This document shows, in pieces, positions 56,894-64,000 of a DNA stretch of 64,000 nucleotides. The stretch comes from Candidatus Guanabacterium sedimentis. GTDB lineage: Bacteria; Acidobacteriota; B3-B38; Guanabaribacteriales; B3-B38. The notes beneath the pieces are model-generated. The model was not told the origin of the DNA. It saw only the letters and a program-made list of their open reading frames with translations, and searched no databases. The position numbers and the translations under genes are program-made. The stretch's first letter is position 1. Every line of letters begins with the position of its first letter. The DNA lies in assembly GCA_902505605.1 (NCBI GenBank), contig CABWKN010000093.1, positions 266 through 64,265 of the forward strand, written 5' to 3'.

Positions 56894-57681
56894 TGCTGTT
56901 GGCGCTGGATGTGGGTAATACCAGCACGATGCTGGGAGTTTTTGAAGGGAAAAAGTTGCTTTATCGCTGGCGATTAGCCACCATCAAGAACCGCACTGTT
57001 GATGAGTATGGGATATTGATTGCCAACCTCTTCTCTTCTCGGGGAGTTCCTCGGGAGAAGATCGACGCCCTGATTATCGCCTGCGTAGTTCCTCCCCTTA
57101 TGGGGGCCTTGGAGGGAATGTCGCATAAATATTTCTCCCTCACCCCTTTAATAGTGCAACCCGGCATCAAAACCGGGATGCCCATTCTGGCTGAGAATCC
57201 CTCAGAAGTGGGTGCCGACCGGATTGTCAACGGCGTAGCAGCTTACAGCAAATACGGGGGACCTGTGATTGTGGTTGATTTCGGTACAGCTACCACCTTT
57301 GACGCTATTTCTGTCAAGGGTGAATACTTAGGGGGTGTGATCGCCCCTGGCATCTCTATATCTGCTGAGGCGCTGTTTCAGGAGACGGCTAAGCTTCCTC
57401 GGGTGGACATCAGGAAGCCGGAGACTGTCATCGGCAAGAACACCATAGCCAGCATGCAGTCGGGGCTTTTTTATGGTTATATAGGTATGGTAGAGGTAAT
57501 TATAAAGAAGATAGAAAAGGAGCTGGGGCAGCCCTCTTTTGTGGTGGCTACGGGAGGATGGGTGGACATCATCGCCAAAGAGATTAAGCTGATAAAAAAA
57601 GTCGATGAAAACCTCACCCTGGATGGCTTAAGAATCATCTATGAGAGAAACCGGGAGCAGCTCCTCATTAAAAGAGGATAA
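56893..57681 (+). CDS. coaX: Type III pantothenate kinase
   Basis: LDVGNT, EVGADR, VDFGTATTFD, YLGGVIAPG, VATGG. Confidence 0.96.
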   Translation: MLLALDVGNTSTMLGVFEGKKLLYRWRLATIKNRTVDEYGILIANLFSSRGVPREKIDALIIACVVPPLMGALEGMSHKYFSLTPLIVQPGIKTGMPILAENPSEVGADRIVNGVAAYSKYGGPVIVVDFGTATTFDAISVKGEYLGGVIAPGISISAEALFQETAKLPRVDIRKPETVIGKNTIASMQSGLFYGYIGMVEVIIKKIEKELGQPSFVVATGGWVDIIAKEIKLIKKVDENLTLDGLRIIYERNREQLLIKRG

Positions 57682-57896
57682 AGCCGCTGATTTATAGAAT
57701 AGGAGCTATCTTATTGCTCTCTCTTTTTTATGATGTAATCGCTATGAGGAAACTTCAGGATATTTACATTGATAATTTTTATCGCTAACTGATAATACTT
57801 TTTATACTCCCTTTTTAAAGCCCTTTCACAGAGGACGAGCTTGTGCAAATGAAAATAAGCTCTCTTCGTGCAGGAAGGGAGTGGATTTAAATCCCG

Positions 57897-59060
57897 GTGA
57901 AACTATCCTTGACTTTATCTATGAGGAATCCTTCAGCTCAAAGGAGACTCCTTCCTCTGGCTTCCCTTATCTTCTCTGTGGGAATAATATTCAGTTCGCC
58001 CTATATAGGTATGCTGAGGGATTATTTATCGTCATCTTTCGGGGACTACTTCAATCTTTTCATCTATATCCTGCTGGGAACCGTCTTTATTAATGTGGCT
58101 CTTTTTCTGTCTGCTCATATCAAAACAGAGAGGCTGAAGAGGTATTCGGCAGCGGGGGCAGTAGCTTTATCCCTCCTCCTTATACGTCGAGCTCTGATTA
58201 GCCCGGACAGCCGCGTTGCCTTGATCGAGCTTATCCACCTTGCCGAATATGGGATTCTTAGCCTGCTGATTTTTTATTCACTCAAGGGAAGGCTCAGCAA
58301 CCGTCTCGCCTGCTGCTGGAGCCTAATGTTGACCACCATGGTCGGGATGAGCGATGAGGGACTGCAGTGGCTCCTCTCCTCCAGGGTAGGGGAGCTCAGA
58401 GATCTGGCTATAGATTCTTCCGGCGGGATGATAGGGCAACTATTCCTCTTTCTGGTTATCTATCCCAGCAGGGTAAAGTATAAAGCTTCCTTTCGACACA
58501 TCCGCTCCTTTTATCTGGGGCTGGCTCTCTTCATTTTATTAGGGGGGTTATTCATTGACCAGGTGCAGAGGGGATATTGGATTGAGGACAGCACCATTGG
58601 CAGGTTTAAATCCCGCTTTACCTCCTCCAAACTACACCAACTCCAGGAGAGGCGCCTTAGCATATGGTCTGGTAATCCTCTGCTGCTGAGAGAGATATCA
58701 GACAGTGAAAGGGAAACCCTCTGGCGGATGGAAGATTTCTATCTCACAGAAGCCCGCTGCCATACCCGCTGGCGGAACCAGCATGAAGAAGAGAGAGATT
58801 TATATCGGGCTGTAAAGGAGAACCTTATTTTGACGAAATGGTACCACCCTTATATATCGCTGACTCATCAGCAGTGGGAGAGAAGACGGATGCAAGATTA
58901 TCTGAAGAAGGTAGGCCAGCAGAGGGAGCAGCCTTATATTAGCATCTGTTTTAGGTATCTTTATCACCTCCCTCGCAGGTCTGTTTACTGGCTGCTGGTC
59001 TTTATTCTGGCAGGTTCCCCTTTTTCCCTCGCCTTCTGGCGGAGGAGAGAAGGGAGCTAA
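57897..59060 (+). CDS. VanZ-like membrane protein with a C-terminal soluble extension
   Basis: Several TM helices; ELIHLAEYGIL...DEGLQWLLSSRVGELRDLAID resembles the VanZ core; then about 140 hydrophilic aa and a terminal TM. Confidence 0.65.
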   Translation: MKLSLTLSMRNPSAQRRLLPLASLIFSVGIIFSSPYIGMLRDYLSSSFGDYFNLFIYILLGTVFINVALFLSAHIKTERLKRYSAAGAVALSLLLIRRALISPDSRVALIELIHLAEYGILSLLIFYSLKGRLSNRLACCWSLMLTTMVGMSDEGLQWLLSSRVGELRDLAIDSSGGMIGQLFLFLVIYPSRVKYKASFRHIRSFYLGLALFILLGGLFIDQVQRGYWIEDSTIGRFKSRFTSSKLHQLQERRLSIWSGNPLLLREISDSERETLWRMEDFYLTEARCHTRWRNQHEEERDLYRAVKENLILTKWYHPYISLTHQQWERRRMQDYLKKVGQQREQPYISICFRYLYHLPRRSVYWLLVFILAGSPFSLAFWRRREGS

Positions 59061-59078
59061 GACAAAGGATTTACAAAA

Positions 59079-60254
59079 ATGGCGCTCATTGACAGAGTTA
59101 TCCTGATAATAATAGACGGCTTTGGCGTGGGGGAGCTGCCCGACGCCTCCCAATATGGTGACCAGGGAAGCGATACCATGGGACATATCGCCTCCGAGGT
59201 AGGGCTCAAGATTCCGCATATGCAAAATCTGGGTATAGGAAATATAAAAAAGATAGCGGGTATAACTCCAGCAAAAGCTCCCCTCGCCTCATTTGGCATG
59301 ATGGCGGAAAGATCTACCGGGAAGGACACTACCAGCGGTCATTGGGAACTAATGGGAGTGGTTCTTGACCGACCCTTTCCCACCTATCCAGAGGGCTTTC
59401 CTCCGGAGATTATCCTCCCCTTTGAAAAGGCAATCGGAAGCAAGATTTTGTGGAATCGTCCGGCTTCGGGTACCGAGATAATCAAAAAGCTGGGGCAGGA
59501 GCACCTCCACACCGGCTGCCCCATTGTCTATACCTCAGCGGATAGTGTGTTTCAGATAGCTGCCCACAAAGATGTGATACTCCTGAAAGAGCTTTATGAG
59601 ATGTGTCTCATTGCCCGGCGATTGCTGGTGGGGAAGCATGGGGTGGCCCGGGTTATTGCCAGACCCTTTATAGGTCAGCCTGGAAACTTCACCCGAACTC
59701 CCGAGCGGAGAGATTTCTCCCTTCCCCCTCCAGAGGAAACCCTATTGAATAAGCTGTCCCAGGCAGGATTGGAAGTTACTGGCATAGGCAAGGTGGAGGA
59801 CATATTTGCCGGCTCAGGGTTGACCAGAATAATTCATACCCGAAACAATGAGGAGGGAATGAAGCAGACTATGCGGCAAGCCAAAAAAAGAGAAAGTGGG
59901 CTCATCTTTACCACCCTTACCGACTTTGATACCCTCTATGGTCATAGAAACAATGCCCCCGGGTATGCCAAAGCACTGGAGGAGTTTGACGCCGTCTTGC
60001 CAGAGTTGGAGGAGGCCAAACATTCCGGGGACATGCTCATCATCACCTCCGACCACGGTTGCGACCCCACCACGCCCAGCACCGACCACTCCCGCGAGTA
60101 TGTTCCTCTTCTGGTATGGGGTGAAAGGGCAAAGCAAGGGGTCAACCTCGGCGTAAGAGCGAGCTTTGCCGATGTGGGGAAGACGATAGCTGATGTCTTT
60201 AAAATAAAAGGTCTTCCCCATGGCGAAAGCTTTCTGGATGATATTGCCCGTTAG
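59079..60254 (+). CDS. deoB: Phosphopentomutase
   Basis: [59 protein letters not shown]. Confidence 0.96.
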   Translation: MALIDRVILIIIDGFGVGELPDASQYGDQGSDTMGHIASEVGLKIPHMQNLGIGNIKKIAGITPAKAPLASFGMMAERSTGKDTTSGHWELMGVVLDRPFPTYPEGFPPEIILPFEKAIGSKILWNRPASGTEIIKKLGQEHLHTGCPIVYTSADSVFQIAAHKDVILLKELYEMCLIARRLLVGKHGVARVIARPFIGQPGNFTRTPERRDFSLPPPEETLLNKLSQAGLEVTGIGKVEDIFAGSGLTRIIHTRNNEEGMKQTMRQAKKRESGLIFTTLTDFDTLYGHRNNAPGYAKALEEFDAVLPELEEAKHSGDMLIITSDHGCDPTTPSTDHSREYVPLLVWGERAKQGVNLGVRASFADVGKTIADVFKIKGLPHGESFLDDIAR

Positions 60255-60275
60255 CAGTCATTGGAGGCATACCCT

Positions 60276-61589
60276 TTGAGCTTAAGGATGACCGAGCTGA
60301 TAGAAAAGAAGAAAAGAAGGGGCTCTTTATCTGCTGAAGAGCTGCGATTTATAGTTACCGGCTCTCTCAAAGGTGAGATACCCGACTATCAGTTAGCCGC
60401 CCTTTTCATGGCCATAAAGTTTCAAGGAATGGACCAAAGAGAAACAACCGATTTGACCAGGGAGATGCTGAACTCCGGTAAGGTTTTGGAACTTGAATCT
60501 ATTCCAGGAAAGAAGATAGATAAGCACAGCACTGGAGGAGTGGGGGACAAAGTCTCTCTCATTCTTGCACCTCTGGTAGCCTCAGCAGGAGTGGTGGTCC
60601 CTATGCTATCGGGTCGCGGTCTGGGGCATACCGGCGGAACTCTTGATAAGCTGGAGTCCATCCCCGGCTTCCAGACCACCCTTCCCATACCCCACTTTTT
60701 GAAGCAGCTATCCCACATAGGAGTGGGGATAATTGGGCAGTCAGGGGAGATAGCTCCGGCGGACAGGCTCTTCTATGCCCTGCGCGATGTTACCGGAACT
60801 GTGGACAGTATTCCCCTCATCACCGCCAGCATCCTGAGCAAGAAGCTGGCAGAAGGGGCTGAGGGATATGTCTTCGATGTGAAAGTGGGACAAGGAGCTT
60901 TTATGAAAACTGTGGAGGAAGCTCGAGCTTTGTCTTTTTCGCTGATCTCGGCTTCCTCGGAGATAGGGAAAAAGGCTTCCGCGTTGATTACCTCCATGGA
61001 GCAGCCCCTGGGAGAAATGGTAGGCAACACCTTAGAGGTAAAAGAGGCCATCGACACCCTGAAGGGGGGAGGGCCAACAGATTTAATTGAATTGACCCTG
61101 CAGCTGGGAGCGGAGATGTTGCTACTGGCAGGTACGGTCAGGAATATAGAGGATGGGCTTAAAATCCTCCAGGCTAAACTGCAAAGAGGGGAAGCTCTGG
61201 ACAGATTCCGGGAGATGGTCCGTTGGCAGGGTGCTGACCCTCGGGTGGTGGATGATTACCGTCAGCTTCCTCAAGCCAAGGAACGGTGGGAGATGAGAAG
61301 CCCTTCTGATGGGTATATATCCAAGCTGGACGCCTATGAGGTAGGTCTGGCAGTCAAGAGGCTGGGAGGTGGCAGGGAGAGCTTACAGCAGAAGATTGAC
61401 CCCACGGTTGGTATCATGTGCGTTAAGAGAATGGGGGAATGGATAAGAAAGGGTGAAATATTGATGGAGATATATTATAATAATTCACAACAGCTATCAA
61501 AAGTAATCGATGGTCTCTCGTCAGCGGTGGAATTATCGAAAGAAAGGGAGGCTCTGCCTTCTCTAATAAAAGAAAAAATCTCTCTCTAA
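60276..61589 (+). CDS. pdp: Pyrimidine-nucleoside/thymidine phosphorylase
   Basis: DKHSTGGVGDK, SGRGLGHTGGTLDKLESIPG, YALRDVTGTV, SILSKK; TTG 60276 follows GGAGG. Confidence 0.94.
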   Translation: MSLRMTELIEKKKRRGSLSAEELRFIVTGSLKGEIPDYQLAALFMAIKFQGMDQRETTDLTREMLNSGKVLELESIPGKKIDKHSTGGVGDKVSLILAPLVASAGVVVPMLSGRGLGHTGGTLDKLESIPGFQTTLPIPHFLKQLSHIGVGIIGQSGEIAPADRLFYALRDVTGTVDSIPLITASILSKKLAEGAEGYVFDVKVGQGAFMKTVEEARALSFSLISASSEIGKKASALITSMEQPLGEMVGNTLEVKEAIDTLKGGGPTDLIELTLQLGAEMLLLAGTVRNIEDGLKILQAKLQRGEALDRFREMVRWQGADPRVVDDYRQLPQAKERWEMRSPSDGYISKLDAYEVGLAVKRLGGGRESLQQKIDPTVGIMCVKRMGEWIRKGEILMEIYYNNSQQLSKVIDGLSSAVELSKEREALPSLIKEKISL

Positions 61590-61602
61590 TCAGGAGTTGA
61601 GG

Positions 61603-62634
61603 GTGAATATTCGTCAACATACAGAGGAGTTGGAGAAAAAATTTCTCTCCCCCAGGGCTATGCTGAGCTCTAACTCGCGAGGGAGAGAACGGGCGGAAGC
61701 ACCCTGCCAGATTCGGACTGCCTTCCAGCGGGACCGCGACCGCATAGTCCACAGCAAGTCATTTCGCCGCCTCAAGCATAAGACTCAGGTCTTTCTTGCC
61801 CCTGCGGGCGACCATTACCGCACCCGCCTCACCCATACTCTGGAGGTCTCTCAGTTAGCCCGGACCATTGCCCGTGCCCTTAGGTTGAACGAAGACCTAT
61901 CCGAGGCTATCTCTCTGGGGCACGACCTGGGGCACACCCCGTTTGGGCATGCCGGGGAAGAGGTTCTCCATAGGATAGTTCCCGGTGGCTTTAACCATTG
62001 GGAGCAGAGCCTCCGCATCGTAGAGGTTCTGGAAAACAATGGGCGGGGATTGAATCTCACCTGGGAAGTCAGGGAAGGGATCGTCAAACATTCCAAGGGC
62101 ACGGGAGAGATTGTTCCCACTAAGCAAGAGGAAAAATCGGAAACTCTGGAGGGAAGGGTCGTTCGTCTCTCGGATATTATAGCCTATGTCAATCACGATA
62201 TTGATGATGCCTGTCGAGCTGGAGTGTTGCAGCCTTCGGATATCCCTGCAGAGCTTAGAAAGTCTCTGGGGCAGAGTCACTCCGAGCGGATAAATCGGAT
62301 GGTTACTGATGTGATATATTCCAGTATGGCTATTGAGCTTTCCGATATCACCATGAGTGAGTCAATGTTAGCGGCAACGGAGAAGCTGAGGGATTTCCTT
62401 CATATTGCTGTGTATGAAAATCTAATCCCCAAGGCAGAATTTACCAAGACCGAGAAGATGATCACCGAGCTTTATCACTACCTTCTTAAGAACCCATACA
62501 AAATGCCAGGAAAACTCAGCGAAAAGGAACCTCTGGAGAGGATAGTGTGCGATTTTATCGCCGGGATGACCGATAGATATGCTATCCGCCTCTTTGAGGA
62601 GATTTACATCCCCAAGCCATGGGCTATAATTTGA
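61603..62634 (+). CDS. dgt: dNTP triphosphohydrolase (dGTPase-like, HD domain)
   Basis: FQRDRDRI.HS..FRRLKHKTQV, RTRLTHTLEV, HDLGHTPFGH, DFIAGMTD. Confidence 0.94.
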   Translation: MNIRQHTEELEKKFLSPRAMLSSNSRGRERAEAPCQIRTAFQRDRDRIVHSKSFRRLKHKTQVFLAPAGDHYRTRLTHTLEVSQLARTIARALRLNEDLSEAISLGHDLGHTPFGHAGEEVLHRIVPGGFNHWEQSLRIVEVLENNGRGLNLTWEVREGIVKHSKGTGEIVPTKQEEKSETLEGRVVRLSDIIAYVNHDIDDACRAGVLQPSDIPAELRKSLGQSHSERINRMVTDVIYSSMAIELSDITMSESMLAATEKLRDFLHIAVYENLIPKAEFTKTEKMITELYHYLLKNPYKMPGKLSEKEPLERIVCDFIAGMTDRYAIRLFEEIYIPKPWAII

Positions 62635-62640
62635 GAGCCG

Positions 62641-63375
62641 TTAAGCCGGTAAAGGGAAGAGCCTGCTGAGCAAAATGACCAGATAGGTGAAATAGTCGGT
62701 AACCAGCAATACCCCTACCCCAATGAGGAGTATCCCGCTTATAATTGGTATCAGGCGGATAAAGGGGCGAATTTTCTTGAAATAGCTCAAAAAGCTGTTA
62801 ATTGCCAGAGAGGAAGCGAAGAAGGGGAGTGCTAGCCCCAGGGAGTAAAAGCCCAGCAAGATAATCCCGCTGGTAACCTTTTGTGAGGTGCTTGCTAAAA
62901 TCAATATGCTTCCTAATATAGGGCCGATGCAGGGGGTCCACCCTGCTGCAAAGGTCATTCCCACCAGAACAGTTCCCAGATAACCGAGAGGCTTCTCCCT
63001 CAGATGAACCTTCTTTTCCCGCTGGAGAAACTTTAGCTTGATGATACCTGTCAGGTGAATCCCCAGGATGATGATTATCACTCCACCTACCTTCATGAGG
63101 AGGGATTGATATCTCAGAATCAATTGCCCGGCATAGGTAGCCGAAGCCCCCAACAGGATAAATACCAGCGAAAATCCGAATATAAACAGAAGAGAGTGGA
63201 CCACTGTGGTCCTCCTGAGCTTGCTCCTTTCTTCTGCAGAGGAGAATGATTCAAAAGAAATGCCCGTAATAAACGATATATAGGAAGGGATTAAAGGGAG
63301 AATACAGGGGGAGAGGAAGGAGAACAGTCCGGCAGAAAAAGCTATAAATAAAGATATGCTTGGAGTTGACTCCAT
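62641..63375 (-). CDS. ccdA: Cytochrome c biogenesis / DsbD-core protein CcdA
   Basis: SFLSPCILPLIP and GWTPCIGPILG redox Cys motifs; six TM segments. Confidence 0.94.
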   Translation of the reverse strand: MESTPSISLFIAFSAGLFSFLSPCILPLIPSYISFITGISFESFSSAEERSKLRRTTVVHSLLFIFGFSLVFILLGASATYAGQLILRYQSLLMKVGGVIIIILGIHLTGIIKLKFLQREKKVHLREKPLGYLGTVLVGMTFAAGWTPCIGPILGSILILASTSQKVTSGIILLGFYSLGLALPFFASSLAINSFLSYFKKIRPFIRLIPIISGILLIGVGVLLVTDYFTYLVILLSRLFPLPA

Positions 63376-63410
63376 AATAAATATATTGAGAGTATGGAAG
63401 AGCCTCCTTT

Positions 63411-63920
63411 TTAAAAGAGGGCTTTCAAGTGATTCTCAAAAACCTCCTTAGCTCGGTATCCGATATATTTCTGTACTATTCTTCCCTGACGGTCAATAAC
63501 AAAGGTGGTAGGAATAGCATTTATCCCTCCATATTCCCTGGCTATTACCCTATTTCCCATAAGAATGGGGTAGTTAATCCCATGTTTTTCAACAAATTGC
63601 CTGATATTGCTTGCACTGCCTGATTGGAAGGCAATTCCTATCATCTGGAATCCGTTCTCCTTGTATTGTTCATAGAGCTCTATAAAATGAGGTATCTCAT
63701 ACACACAGGGAGAACACCAGGTAGCCCAGAAGTCGAGGATGATAACCTTTCCTTTAAAGTCGGATAGCTTTACTGTTTTTCCATCAAGGTCTGGAAGAGC
63801 AAAGTCGGGTGCCGGCGATGAGGAGGATTGCCCTTTTATCTTTCCCAAGCCGCTAAGGGAGAAAAGAGCAACTCCCAGCAGCAGAAGCATAATAGGTATC
63901 AGCGGTTTATTCTGTAACAT
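63411..63920 (-). CDS. TlpA/ResA-family exported thiol-disulfide oxidoreductase
   Basis: Hydrophobic N-terminus, APDFALPDLDG, DFWATWCSPC, IPTTFVID; partner of ccdA; start could be 63950. Confidence 0.92.
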   Translation of the reverse strand: MLQNKPLIPIMLLLLGVALFSLSGLGKIKGQSSSSPAPDFALPDLDGKTVKLSDFKGKVIILDFWATWCSPCVYEIPHFIELYEQYKENGFQMIGIAFQSGSASNIRQFVEKHGINYPILMGNRVIAREYGGINAIPTTFVIDRQGRIVQKYIGYRAKEVFENHLKALF

Positions 63921-64000
63921 TCGTTTACCTCTAATTTTATCTCGTCTCATGCCTAAGTATACTCCCTCAATTTACATAGATATAGTATGCCAATCTCCCT

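Noticed and set aside
61603..62634. dGTPase as an anti-phage nucleotide-depletion system
   Set aside because: Short housekeeping-type protein in a deoB-pdp salvage run with no defence or mobile context
63411..63920. Selenocysteine recoding in redox proteins (TlpA, TrxA, CcdA)
   Set aside because: Their active sites are encoded by ordinary Cys codons in uninterrupted frames
1..64000. CRISPR arrays, rRNA/tRNA genes, prophage or integrase genes
   Set aside because: No regularly spaced repeats or RNA-gene signatures seen by eye, and almost all sequence is accounted for by identifiable genes; a dedicated scan was not possible

Overview
64 kb of gene-dense, mostly core chromosome from a diderm bacterium (TolC, six-domain S1, Tat and lipoprotein signals). 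The gene repertoire and order (alpha2-type GlyRS, bshC-bshB1-bshA, cmk-rpsA-ihfB-HIT, romR-valS-nadC-birA-coaX) suggest an Acidobacteriota/Aminicenantes-like or deltaproteobacteria-like anaerobe, which is inference only. About 1-30 kb is a minus-strand run: recG-rsmD, an IS1380 relic, S2P-trpS-scpAB, a tyrosine phenol-lyase-like gene, hisC-cmk-rpsA-ihfB-HIT, an acyl-CoA cluster (acyl-CoA dehydrogenase, B12 mutase, thiolase-like protein, DUF35), trxA, the yceD-rpmF-plsX-fab operon and etfB-DUF362-etfA. About 30-62.6 kb is mostly plus-strand: ftsEX, pcm, glyQS, bacillithiol synthesis, metG, a transporter, a Tat-tagged racemase, nucleotide-sugar enzymes, a RomR-like protein, valS, cofactor genes and deoB-pdp-dgt; tlpA-ccdA close the window. 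I saw no rRNA, tRNA, CRISPR array, prophage or defence system. Best leads: (1) an isobutyryl-CoA-type mutase next to a thiolase-fold protein lacking the catalytic Cys plus its DUF35 partner; (2) a Tat-tagged alanine-racemase-family enzyme with an altered substrate loop behind a Na+:solute symporter; (3) a RomR-like polar scaffold with a Glu-rich disordered linker; (4) a Tat-tagged DUF362 gene between etfB and etfA. All family calls come from motifs read by eye; no searches were run.
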